The translations under genes and the position numbers were made by a program. 32,000 nt of DNA from Patescibacteria group bacterium (GTDB lineage Bacteria; Patescibacteriota; UBA1384; XYA2-FULL-43-10): positions 120,001-152,000 of the forward strand of contig JBAYVT010000002.1 in assembly GCA_041674405.1 (NCBI GenBank), read 5' to 3'. This document shows, one piece after another, positions 25,401 through 32,000 of this stretch (the stretch's first letter is position 1; each line of letters starts with the position of its first letter). Below the pieces are notes generated by a model. The model ran no database searches and had not been told where the DNA came from. It saw nothing but the letters and a program-made list of their open reading frames with translations.

Positions 25401-28400
25401 CTCCATATCAGCATTTGAAAGAGTTTGGTTATCAGCTGAACCGATGGATAAATGTTTTTCATAAAGTGCTATGCCGGATACATTACCGGAGACATACTTT
25501 GTCACTGCATTTGCTTCATTGGCATCAGCAACACCATCGACAAAGATGGTGATAGTGTCGCCAGCCGATGGGGCTGTTACTCCGGTGATAGACCAGGACC
25601 CGCTTGAAGTTGTACCGGTAGCCGCATCGAGGCTCCCATTGATTGCTACTTTGATCGTTTCGCTGTCAGCACAATTCGAGGATTCGTCATATTGTTTGCA
25701 GGTACCGGAGATGGAGATGCTGGCCGGCGGAAATGCCCAATGATGGTTATTTCCACCGTCATATCCGCCAGTCGTGGCATTTACCAAGCTTCCTCCAGTT
25801 GCATCGGAATCGGTGACATTAACATAAGAAGCAGGTGGGCTATCCTGGACAACATTAAAATTCCAATGGTTGGTAGGTGTAGATGAAACCATAAATATTC
25901 TAGTACCTACTGCTCCGCCATTGATATCAAGGCCCATGATTGAATAAGTTGATCCAGCATGGAATGTAAGTTTAGAGGAAGGGGTAGTATCAGTAAAGAC
26001 CCCATTGATAGTTGCCGAATCTGCAAAATAAACACCATTTGCCGACGCATTAGTAATAGTAATGCTGTTAAAATCATGATTTCCATTTGTTCCACCAGCA
26101 GTGATGGTCTGTAAATCACTACCATCCAAGGTTAGTGTTCCGGTACCAGAAGTAAAGATGCCAGTGGCCGAATTCGTATAATCGCCTGCAAGATAAAATG
26201 CAGCCGTACTTGAAGCCGTGAGAGTATTACCAGCGTCAATAATAACATCTCCATCAACGTTAACTATGGGATCGTTTGTTTCGAATGACAATACGGCAGT
26301 TAATGCGCCTCCTCCAACATGCAAATTATTTGAAACATTTAAAGTGCCTGCCTGAACATTATGGGTACCTGAAAAATTTTCACGCGCTATCTGAAGGTTA
26401 TAATATGTAGTCGCGGTTACATTTACAGCGGCGCCGACTGGGTCCGGGCAATCATAAAATAATGTTGAATTGTTGGCAGTGAAAGTGCCGTTGATCACAA
26501 AAGGAGTGTTAGTTCCTAATAGTGTAATTGTTTTATTTGAAGCGTCGAATTCACCTGCATTAATTGTTAAAAGATTTGAAACAGTCATATCCCCAGCCGC
26601 GGTAAAAGTCGACCCAGTTCGATCAAGATAAAGATTGTAGAATGTCGTCGCCGTCACATTTGTCGCAGATGAACCCTTATACTGAACGGTAGATGTGCCC
26701 TCCTGAAAAGTAGCGTTTATATTCACAAAAGGCGTGCCTGAGCCATTCAAAACAATTGTTTTATCGGAGGCATTAAAGGTTCCTACATCTAGCGTCAAAA
26801 CGCTGCCAACGGTAATATTTCCAGCTGCGGTAAAGGTGGTACCAGTATGAACCAAATATAGATTATAATACGTCGCACTAGTTACATTGGTAGCGCTCGA
26901 TCCGGCATACTTTATGGTTGAAGTAGCTTCTTGAAAAGTACCATTTACAACAAAAGGTGTACCAGAACCATATAGATAAACTGTCTTATCCGATCCGTTA
27001 TATATCGTCCCGGTCTGAATAGTGAAAACTCCGTAGACCGAGAACGAGCCGGAAGAAAGCGGAGTAAATGTCGTGCCCGAATGGTCGAGGATTAGATTGT
27101 GGAACCCGAGTAACGCAACGTCAGTTGCTGACGCACTCTGATATGTGACGGTTGAAGTGTCGTAATTGAAGGTACTGCCCGTCTCCATTCTAAGAGGCCT
27201 CGACGAACTTTGTCCTGAGCCAGTAATTACTAAAGAATTATTATCCAATGTCATCGTAGACGATGCTTCGGCATATGATTTCGGCACAGTTGATGTGGTT
27301 CCACCACCGGATGCAGGCCGCCATGTATTATTTGCCTTAATTATAATCTTTTGGTCTGCATCAGTTTGGGTTCCGACTGCCGGCAGGGTTAGATTGTTTG
27401 ATCCGTCAATTTCGAAAAAGATATCTTCATCGGAGGAGACGGAATTATCGTATTTAGAGATATCGTTGTTCGATAATGTTTGATTATCGTCAGAACCTAG
27501 ATACAAATGCTTTTCGTAAAGGCTAATTCCTGTAATATTGCCCGAACCATCGTATTTGGTAACAGCATTCGCTTCGTTACCGTCAGCCACTCCATCGATA
27601 AATACGGTAATTGTGTCCCCAGAAGCAGGTGCTGTAACACCGCTTATGCTCCACGAACCTCCGGATGTGGTTCCGGTTTGGGCTTGAATAGTACCATTTA
27701 CCGCAACTTTTACAGTCTCTGAATCAGCGGCATTTGTCGATTCGTCATATTGCTTAGCAGTCCCTGAGATTAAAATTGTGGCAGGCCCACCTCCGCCTTC
27801 AGAAATAATAACCCCCGGCTCGACTTCTCCTGAAGCATCCCAGTCGTAAGGAGTCGGGTCACTAACTGGATCAGCATTAAACCAAGTATACCCAGGGTAA
27901 AAACTACCCAAAGTTGATGAAACAGCCCAAGATCCTCCCATATTTCCACTAAACCAAAGATAAGAGTTATTTTCATTTTTATAGACAGGGTACGGCGACG
28001 AACCGATATCTCCAAAGTATTGATCGTTATATGCAAACGTACCATTTGCATTCGTATTACCAGCATTTGTGCCTGTATATGTATGGCCCGGATCTCCTCC
28101 CGGCGTTACGCCGCTTGGCGCCGGAGCGGTTCCCAGATTGGCCGTCCAGCTATTGCTTCCGGGAAGCGCGCCCTCCATAAGATAATAGTGTACATCCATC
28201 ATCGCATCATTAAGAACGTCGCTAAGCATATATGCTCCGCCCCCGTCCCAGTACAAGTACATATTATTAGCGTTTTTCCAATAGTCACTTCCATAGGCAT
28301 CCGTTCCGCCGTAAGAGTATTCGCCGTTATAATTGGCATCTCCTGCTCCCGCAACAGTCCATGTGGTTGTATTAGCAGCTAGAGCTTTAGGAGGCTTTTC

Positions 28401-28628
28401 AAAATTGATTGATGGGTTGACCATAACAAACCCAAGAACCGAAATCGCCACAATATATAAGGTCAAGAACATCCAATGAAAGGGTGACGAAGATCCCGAA
28501 AGATGCCACTTGTAATACCAACCGAATTTCATGCGAAGAGCATTGTGCCATGGAGAAAATCGGGAGAATGTGGTTCTCGTGCTTTTTTGTACTTTCATTA
28601 TTTCCCTGTCAAGCTCCACAGTTGTCAT
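16452..28628 (-). CDS. Giant (4058-aa) multi-domain surface protein
   Basis: 12,177-nt uninterrupted ORF. It has an N-terminal TM (FHWMFLTLYIVAISVLGFVMV), three 153-154-aa modules, and at least 15 copies of a roughly 75-aa unit with a beta-helix look. A roughly 8-blade propeller-like block has the pattern G.P.G.A.D..GNVWV....N.VTKLNGSTGA.IGTY. FN3-like units (..SFQVTWDDNSSDETGFKVY..) and a Big_2-like domain follow. The C-terminus is TM, CarboxypepD_reg-like, 2 TM, CarboxypepD_reg-like. Confidence 0.9.
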   Translation of the reverse strand: MTTVELDREIMKVQKSTRTTFSRFSPWHNALRMKFGWYYKWHLSGSSSPFHWMFLTLYIVAISVLGFVMVNPSINFEKPPKALAANTTTWTVAGAGDANYNGEYSYGGTDAYGSDYWKNANNMYLYWDGGGAYMLSDVLNDAMMDVHYYLMEGALPGSNSWTANLGTAPAPSGVTPGGDPGHTYTGTNAGNTNANGTFAYNDQYFGDIGSSPYPVYKNENNSYLWFSGNMGGSWAVSSTLGSFYPGYTWFNADPVSDPTPYDWDASGEVEPGVIISEGGGGPATILISGTAKQYDESTNAADSETVKVAVNGTIQAQTGTTSGGSWSISGVTAPASGDTITVFIDGVADGNEANAVTKYDGSGNITGISLYEKHLYLGSDDNQTLSNNDISKYDNSVSSDEDIFFEIDGSNNLTLPAVGTQTDADQKIIIKANNTWRPASGGGTTSTVPKSYAEASSTMTLDNNSLVITGSGQSSSRPLRMETGSTFNYDTSTVTYQSASATDVALLGFHNLILDHSGTTFTPLSSGSFSVYGVFTIQTGTIYNGSDKTVYLYGSGTPFVVNGTFQEATSTIKYAGSSATNVTSATYYNLYLVHTGTTFTAAGNITVGSVLTLDVGTFNASDKTIVLNGSGTPFVNINATFQEGTSTVQYKGSSATNVTATTFYNLYLDRTGSTFTAAGDMTVSNLLTINAGEFDASNKTITLLGTNTPFVINGTFTANNSTLFYDCPDPVGAAVNVTATTYYNLQIARENFSGTHNVQAGTLNVSNNLHVGGGALTAVLSFETNDPIVNVDGDVIIDAGNTLTASSTAAFYLAGDYTNSATGIFTSGTGTLTLDGSDLQTITAGGTNGNHDFNSITITNASANGVYFADSATINGVFTDTTPSSKLTFHAGSTYSIMGLDINGGAVGTRIFMVSSTPTNHWNFNVVQDSPPASYVNVTDSDATGGSLVNATTGGYDGGNNHHWAFPPASISISGTCKQYDESSNCADSETIKVAINGSLDAATGTTSSGSWSITGVTAPSAGDTITIFVDGVADANEANAVTKYVSGNVSGIALYEKHLSIGSADNQTLSNADMEKYDNSVSSDEDIFFEVNATTKDLTLPESGTQTDTDQKLYVLASNTWQPAATDAPTSTISNLVIPTSAIVNLTGTTLALTASGTPLSITGTFTIGTSTIKFQGSGATNVNALSYYNLYAADKTGTTFAAAGNITVSGVLTINAGTFDASNKTITLSGSGTPFVVTGTFTPSTSTISYEGSSDTNLASVTYNNLVINHANTDFIAAGDITIADGFTMTSGSFSPGSHIINIAGDWDSSNVTFNEGNSTINFNGTSGDFSIILGSGQKFYNLTIAGENGGGSTSSTLGCGTGTNDASYGDGPWSTPEDITADDGNYARIVGIPQGKRSNYLKATNFGFNIPTNATVTGIKMEAKRMGSSPPVSDDIIEIIKSGTIGGTNQSADALWSGTEDYVPFGGDGNLWGLTWTPNDVNDSSFGVAMTIKKITPSVSNAIINYVRGTIYYSIPSSAWSLSSNIDVTNNLLVSSGTLTAGAHDISAGNVTISGGSLSAPASSNNFIVNGNWNHSSGTFDNNSGTVTFQTGGADKTLSGNMTGGSAFNNLTFNDGSGIWTANNDIDVSGVLSITTGEFNASNKTITLSGSGTPFVNNGTFQSSTSTIKYTGASATNVTAMGSGMVPGYYNLYLDHAGTTFTAAGNIKVENIFTINAGTFDASNKTITFMSTGTPFVVTGTFTASTSTVEYYGAAATNIASTTYYNLHLVTTAVSTAMGDINVTNVLTNDSIFDASNKTITLSGSGTPFVNNVVFTPSTSTVKYTGSLATNITATTYYNLYLDRAGTIFSAAGDITSTNVFTVNAGTFNDSPTGTITLSGSGTPFVINGTFQCMTGTVKYTGASATNIASTTYNNLYLDHAGTTFTAAGDISTGSNGTGVFTINAGTFDASNKTITLSGTSMPFVKTGTFTASTSTVKYTGTGPVNVTSATYYNLYIDKAGQTYTAAGDITANNVLTINAGTFNASNKTITLSGSGTPFVATGTFTYSTSTIKYTGSSATNITPVTYYNLTAEHANTNFTFTGATSVTRTFTNTTAPSTLTFNSGSNYNFNYAINIAGTSGNLITLAPSGGANWNLSASNNVAISYANVSKSSNTGSFCATYSVDGGGNTGWNISLTGSCSACSSYTFSGAGDSSYNGSYTYASVDARSNPYYTNTSNRVLAVDPWDSSWYLLSDTSKLLAPADQSAYVDWGSAGAPTVLPTTGTWTSFNGTLPAPTVTSGCSSFSISGTCKQYDESTACADGETVKVAINGTLDAATGTTASGSWTISGVTEPSAGDVITVFIDGATESHRANAVTKYTSGDITGVTLFEQHLVVGNGTAQTLSNTDLSQYDGSVSSDADILFDIGNATNDLAMPYNQATLTSQILYVIGTDTWRPNSSSAPTSTIPNLKIPATAVVNLDNTTLVLTESGDPLSISGTFTESTSTVKFQGTSATNINAITYCNLYAADHTGTTFTAAGNITINGVLTINAGTFAASSRTITLAAPGTPLVVTGTFQEGTSTLKYTGALATNITATTYYNLYLDHAGTTFTAAGDITTTNILTINAGTFDASNRTITLTGSGTPFVKTGTFTASTSTFIYRASSNTNITAANYYNLELLDPAVTPYVWVTNSGSNNITKLNSSTGAVIGTYAVGTGPYGVAVDGSGNVWVGNPYSGNVTKLNGSTGALIGTYAVGGGNPGVDNAGNVWVPYDSSHINKVNGSTGAVMGTYSTGTSPSGVAADRSGNVWICNHGSGNVTKLDSSTGALIGTYSVNGAPFSIAVDGDGNVWTASDGDIGITKLNGSTGAVIDIYSVPGANLAVDGSGNVWVVNSGTVYKVNGSTGAVIGTYSIGNGDHPGIDGDGNVWVTSIGGNTITKLNGSTGAVIGTYNVGSGPYHSFGDMTGFIWQSFVGNKTLTLSSGSFGVTNNLTIGDGTNQTDVDGITNNPSMNIGNFILNGNASFSAPSTMSVSGGWNHAGGIFTPGSGTVTLTGDSLIEGDTTFNNLTAATAGKTLSFSAGSTQTISGTWTVTGTSGSHVVLKRSGGSGGWNINPATATISYATISNSTNSGASFCATYSTDGGSNTDWNISPTGSCVTAPSAPTNAAIGTIQNDSFQVTWDDNSSDETGFKVYISTTPNSDCSQASYPDSPDYTTGAGETSQDVDGKDINTQYCAKVVAFNDAGNSTSAYSSPKYTLANMPTVSTVAGAYFVTGTISPSLNPSGTNYWIQYSINGTDFTDPAGMSWQTSTSYTLANLDPNTQYWIKAKARNGDNTDTTYSPSSAKVTPPAAPASLEANAVCRTSANLTWIAPEGADKYTLSYGTDSGASNKGTISDISTTATSLSGLARKTKYYAKVSATSNQNGAGNYSAIINFTTANCLGPTPSTDFRGTDIVTSQINWVWSNTDDDHTSWAVLDAAGNPLSGTLAASASSWLEQSLAPNTAYTRQVTVTNRKGTEKSNFATSYTLANTPDAPILSVVSESSVKIAINQNGNPANTRYAIYNDTAGKYVRHSDGAFSDSPDWQLYADWGGSDGFINTGLAASTNYAYRLKARNNSNVETDFSTASEVTTLGNPEKTASYIIISPTSAKIKVEDSVQFSAKAFASDDSEIPTAIIVWSVMNGGGEIDQTGLFTAGKEVGSFENTVQASFGDVKAAASVNVRKETIGEVIIGGIVGGVEDVAVSIDIVAGGIEKVYAAVGISKEAAPPVTAAAALGMAVVVAGLAPATNLITLFSLKEVIHIIVYSILSFGTVKKKRKKWGQVLEDGTGLPLSGAMVSLIKVGEDGTERVIETTTTDKSGVYGFAEPPGKYKIIAKKDKYQLAPKPDQYYDFDTGKIYEIDSYTKGFLVPTIIMSINGKSLSGIHAILGWLRKMERFFNYASIVVLTAGTILVLNNLIHDPNLLNYLILAGYILLWVINFSLVIRKSPWSMVVDRHKGEPIGLTLVRIMTGDNTRLVKTAVTDDKGKFSAILKRGRYTILATKEGYTLPKPVRFDTDEEISAVNKKIEMEKRNSKS
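19790..20630 (-). repeat. Coding repeats: about 8 NHL/YncE-like beta-propeller blades (about 40 aa each)
   Basis: A recurrent DNA word cc(c)agacattgcc(a/g)ctgccatc(a/g)ac is the reverse complement of D(G)SGNVW(V). The protein period is ..GNVWV.N..(S)GNVTKLNGSTGA(V/L)IGTY.VG..P.G(V/I)A(V)D... Boundaries are approximate. Confidence 0.7.
21303..21761 (-). repeat. Copy 3 of the 153-154-aa module (ISGTCKQYDESTACADGETVKVAINGTL...TDTWRPNS)
   Basis: Aligned by eye with copies 1 and 2. The codon phase agrees with the ORF. Confidence 0.8.
22395..23765 (-). repeat. Longest run (about 6-7 units) of the roughly 225-nt / 75-aa tandem coding repeat
   Basis: The unit is TFTAAG(N/D)IT...VLTINAGTF(D/N)ASNKTITLSGSGTPFV..GTFT.STST(I/V)KYTG.SATN(I/V)T..TYYNLYLDHAGT. 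It splits into three sub-units of about 25 aa. Boundaries are approximate. Confidence 0.7.
25251..25712 (-). repeat. Copy 2 of the 154-aa module (ISGTCKQYDESSNCADSETIKVAINGSL...SNTWQPAA)
   Basis: Aligned by eye; phase consistent. Confidence 0.8.
27309..27770 (-). repeat. Copy 1 of the 154-aa module (ISGTAKQYDESTNAADSETVKVAVNGTI...NNTWRPAS)
   Basis: Aligned by eye; phase consistent. Confidence 0.8.
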
Positions 28629-28643
28629 TCCGTTTTATATTTA

Positions 28644-31600
28644 TTAGGTAATTGATTTTTTCTTTAGTTCCAACTTTTTACGAAGTGCAGCCATATTATC
28701 TTGATTGGCAAATTCCACCGGATGATCAAGCTCATATCCCTCCTTCGCTGCAAAAATGTTATATTTGCCTTTCCTTAACATAGCAGAGAATTTTCCCTTT
28801 TGGTCCGAAACAGTAGTTCTGACTAGTTTGTGGCTGTCTGAATTCATCACCCGAATCAAGGTTAGAGGGACCGGCTCTCCGGTATTCGATTCAGCCACAA
28901 TACTCCATGGCGAATTTCTAATGATGAAAGATGCGTTGATAATCCAAAGCAAAAAGTATCCAACAACAATAACGTAATTTAAAAGAGTGTGCTCGTGTAT
29001 GACGTTATTGGCCGCTAATATTGACCCGAGTGCAAGTAATACGAATGAAAAATATACAAAATATCTTTCTAATTTCCTAAACGATGCGACTAATTTTGCG
29101 ATATTACCGAGCTTCTTTCCGTTGACGTTCATAATAATTGTGGGAACAATCAAACCTTCTTCGTAGCTCAAAACATTAAATATCTTTTTGGGGTCAAAGT
29201 TATAAAATTGGTCTTCAATAGATGCAACCGTGTGTTTTTCTTTGCTCGCAATGACACGATATTTGCCAGGTCCAGCAGCAAAACCATATACCCCGTCTTT
29301 ATCAGTAAATGACGATTCTATGACTTTCTCAGTATCAGCATCGTCCACCTTAACCAGGCTTACCTGAGCCAGATATAAGGGCATTCCTGTTCCATTTTCA
29401 ATTACTCTTCCCCATTTTTTCTTCTTTCGTTTTAAAGTTCCAGCCGAAAGAATCGAGTAAGACAAAACATGATATATTTCATTCAGAGAAAACAGCGATG
29501 ATGCTGTGGCCATCGGAGTCATTGCAGCTGCCATTCCAGCAGCACCCAGCGCTGCAGCTGAGGTTATTGGGGTCGCTGCTTGTTTAGATATCCCGACCGC
29601 TTGGTATATTTTTTCAATTTGTCCTGCAGTGGTATTAATGACACCAGAAATTAACGTCGCACTCTTAACAATTCCATCGACTAAATTATTAATGATTGTA
29701 TCGTTTTTTATAATAACGGTGGCGAAAGATTGGCTCTCACCCACAGAGGCTTCAATTGTATTATTATATGTTCCAGTATCTGGTCCCGCAGTGAAAAATC
29801 CATTTTTATCGATTGCTCCGCCTCCATTTACCACTGACCAAACAATATTGACGTTGGATATTTCTTTGTTATCTAAAGTGAATGCTCGGGCTTTGAACTG
29901 AAGGGTTTCATTTGGCCCGATTGTGGCGGTTACCGGATCAATGGCGATTGAAGCAATATTTGAAACAGGGCTATCTCCACCTTTTGGACTATCTGGAAGT
30001 GTTAAATTCTCTCCGGGCGATGAGAAAGAAGTTTCTATGCTATCTCCATTTTTTGCCTTAACCAGATAATCATATTGCGTGCCGACCAAAAGATTGTAAT
30101 TAATAATGCCCGAACTTCCCCCCCACACGTTTCGCGTTTGCCAAACGGCGCTATTGCCCAGGGATCCATCAGCTTGCACATACTTTCCGGAAGTTTGATT
30201 ATAGATAGCGTATTGGGTCGAAGGCGGATTGTTATTTGAGTTGATGATGATCTTTAAAGAATTACTAGATAATGCATTGACCATCGGTGCATTTGGTTGA
30301 TTAGCCAGCGTGTAGAAAGGAGCAGTATATGATCCAGGCGAGTCATTACCAGAATTGGTTGCCGTAATTCTGGCGCAATATTGAGTATTAACACTTTTTC
30401 CTGAGATAAATTGCGAGGTCGTATTTGCACCCAAAGCATAATCCGGGTAATCCGGATATGAGGCAAACTCGCAATTATCACTTGTGGCAGTTGAAATAAA
30501 GATATTAAAGCCAGTTTCGCTTGAAGAGTTATCGATCCAATTCAGAGTGAAGAAAGTTGTGTCCACCCCTACAACCGAAGCCCCTGTGGGGGCAGCAGGG
30601 GTCGCTTCGCAGATCGTAGATGAACCAATCTGCCAGCCAATATTACCCCCCACATCAATAGAATAGTTTGCACAGAATTGGATTCCTGAATTAGTTGATT
30701 GAGAAATTGAAGCGTGAGAAACTACGGCTTTCGCCGGATTTATTATCCAATTTCCTGAACTGCCAGACCCTCGTAGATTAATATTGTGGCCACTAGACCC
30801 AGAAATACTCCATGTGCCGGTAATTGTTTGGGTTGAGCCGGCTGAAAAAGATATGGTCTTTCCACCCGTAACGGCCGTGAGATTGTTGAAAGTGGTATTT
30901 CCCTGAATCAGAGAATCGCCATTCAAAGTTACTGTCCCGTTGCCGGGAGTGAACGTGCCACCATTATTGTTCCAGCCGCCCGAAAGATTAATGTTTGAGG
31001 GAGCGTTAAAGTTCGCATTACTCTTTAATGTAAAATTTCCGCCTATGTTAATTGTTGGATTATTTGCCAATCCGTCAACAGTGGTTTGATTAGCGCCATC
31101 ACCAATCTGAAAATCGTTAGCGATATTAAACGTACCATTTGATAAAGTTAAAACTTTTGGATCGGCAAAAACTTGTCGAGCAAATCCTGTGGAATCTCCC
31201 ATTGAAATATAGGGGTTGCTAACCGGGTAGGTACCGAGAATTGCCCCTGTTGTTCCACTTAACTCCTTAATATTATTTGTATTGACCACCCAAGCATTGC
31301 CATTTTGGTCGATTGAGATACCATTTGGCCAACCATCTCCGTTAGCAAAGGTGCCAACAATATATGTACCCAGGACAGCACCGGTTGAGCCATTTAGCTT
31401 GCTCACGCTGTTGTCATAATGATTAGTGACCCAAACATTCCCAGATTGGTCAATGGCTATTCCATAGGGGTTTCCATGAACGGAATATGTACCTATAGTG
31501 GCGTTCGTCGAACCGTTAATTTTAGTAACGCTGTAATTGTCCCAGTTTCCTACCCAAGCATTACCGCTGCTATCGACTGCAATGCCCATTGGCCTGCTGC

Positions 31601-32000
31601 CAACCGCATGGGTAAAGATGGTTGCACCGGTCGTGCCATTCAGCTTCATAACATTATTACTTCCAGTATTTGCAACCCAGACGTTCCCGTCTCGATCAAT
31701 TGCAATACCTTCAGGATTAATACCCACACCATATGTGCCGATGGTTGCACCGGTCGCGCCACTTAGCTTGGTAACACTGCTGCCACCAGTATTAGTAACC
31801 CAAATATTCCCACTGCCATCGACTGCCACCCCCCAAGGAGCATTGCCAGTCGGGTATGTACCAATAGCAGTGCCTGTAGCTCCGTTAATCTTTGAAACGC
31901 TATTTGCCCAGTAATTCGCCACCCATAAATTATTATGACCATCCACTGCGAGACCATAGCATGGGCTTTCTGACACCGGATACGAACCGACGGTTGATCC
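28644..32000 (-). CDS. Giant surface-protein paralog (N-terminal part lies beyond the right window edge)
   Basis: The frame is open from the stop at 28644 to position 32000 (3357 nt, exactly 1119 codons). The sequence upstream of the track's Met at 31976 (..GSTVGSYPVSESPCYGLAVDG) continues the blade repeat, so that Met is internal. The domain order matches the C-terminal 1400 aa of the 4058-aa protein: propeller, beta-helix-like segment, FN3-like, Big_2-like, TM/CarboxypepD_reg-like module. Confidence 0.9.
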   Translation of the reverse strand, partial: GSTVGSYPVSESPCYGLAVDGHNNLWVANYWANSVSKINGATGTAIGTYPTGNAPWGVAVDGSGNIWVTNTGGSSVTKLSGATGATIGTYGVGINPEGIAIDRDGNVWVANTGSNNVMKLNGTTGATIFTHAVGSRPMGIAVDSSGNAWVGNWDNYSVTKINGSTNATIGTYSVHGNPYGIAIDQSGNVWVTNHYDNSVSKLNGSTGAVLGTYIVGTFANGDGWPNGISIDQNGNAWVVNTNNIKELSGTTGAILGTYPVSNPYISMGDSTGFARQVFADPKVLTLSNGTFNIANDFQIGDGANQTTVDGLANNPTINIGGNFTLKSNANFNAPSNINLSGGWNNNGGTFTPGNGTVTLNGDSLIQGNTTFNNLTAVTGGKTISFSAGSTQTITGTWSISGSSGHNINLRGSGSSGNWIINPAKAVVSHASISQSTNSGIQFCANYSIDVGGNIGWQIGSSTICEATPAAPTGASVVGVDTTFFTLNWIDNSSSETGFNIFISTATSDNCEFASYPDYPDYALGANTTSQFISGKSVNTQYCARITATNSGNDSPGSYTAPFYTLANQPNAPMVNALSSNSLKIIINSNNNPPSTQYAIYNQTSGKYVQADGSLGNSAVWQTRNVWGGSSGIINYNLLVGTQYDYLVKAKNGDSIETSFSSPGENLTLPDSPKGGDSPVSNIASIAIDPVTATIGPNETLQFKARAFTLDNKEISNVNIVWSVVNGGGAIDKNGFFTAGPDTGTYNNTIEASVGESQSFATVIIKNDTIINNLVDGIVKSATLISGVINTTAGQIEKIYQAVGISKQAATPITSAAALGAAGMAAAMTPMATASSLFSLNEIYHVLSYSILSAGTLKRKKKKWGRVIENGTGMPLYLAQVSLVKVDDADTEKVIESSFTDKDGVYGFAAGPGKYRVIASKEKHTVASIEDQFYNFDPKKIFNVLSYEEGLIVPTIIMNVNGKKLGNIAKLVASFRKLERYFVYFSFVLLALGSILAANNVIHEHTLLNYVIVVGYFLLWIINASFIIRNSPWSIVAESNTGEPVPLTLIRVMNSDSHKLVRTTVSDQKGKFSAMLRKGKYNIFAAKEGYELDHPVEFANQDNMAALRKKLELKKKSIT

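Noticed and set aside
20650-27250. Periodic roughly 225-nt DNA repeats that could superficially suggest a CRISPR-like or satellite array
   Set aside because: The repeats are contiguous with no unique spacers, stay in phase with a single open reading frame, and diverge mostly at the protein-tolerated level. They are coding tandem repeats.
16555-31957. Dozens of 60-170-aa ORFs in frames other than the two giant genes' own, on both strands (for example 19297-19812, 21388-21879, 29506-29901)
   Set aside because: They lie entirely inside the long uninterrupted minus-strand ORFs. Their products are repetitive low-complexity mirror images of the Thr/Gly/Asn/Val-rich coding repeats, and they have no start signals.
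16452-32000. Diversity-generating retroelement targeting the giant surface proteins
   Set aside because: The window has no reverse transcriptase gene. I could identify no template/variable repeat pair with adenine-specific differences, and the C-termini are membrane anchors rather than C-type-lectin variable regions. The possibility remains open outside the window.

Overview
AT-rich, gene-dense bacterial chromosome segment, transcribed almost entirely on the minus strand. Sample 60-nt lines I counted in housekeeping genes are about one-third GC. It looks like a reduced-genome, episymbiont-type bacterium (CPR/Patescibacteria-like), but that is inference only. The left 16 kb carries housekeeping genes: comM/yifB (partial), miaA, an ABC-2 ATPase and permease pair, an HD hydrolase, a SAM methyltransferase, tRNA-Leu(UAG), comEA, recG, mnmA, folD, iscU, nifS and an orphan Phd/YefM-like gene. 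The right 15.5 kb holds two tandem paralogous giant surface-protein genes, 15 nt apart: one of 4058 aa and one of more than 1119 aa that runs off the window. Four things are worth a second look. (1) Both giants share an ordered architecture that ends in an unusual C-terminal module of TM, CarboxypepD_reg-like domain, two TMs and a second CarboxypepD_reg-like domain. (2) Three sharply GC-rich islands (about 1134-1608, 3355-3618 and 11073-12312) sit between AT-rich genes. Each has its own sigma70-like promoter or GGAGG-type SD, tiny Cys-rich or hydrophobic ORFs, dense perfect hairpins and terminators, so they are candidate small-protein cassettes and/or structured RNAs. (3) Short GC-rich palindromes lie in frame inside recG and miaA and resemble intergenic hairpins elsewhere in the window. 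(4) There are AT-rich short repeat families and an inverted array of heptamers. I saw no transposase, integrase, CRISPR array, rRNA or reverse transcriptase.
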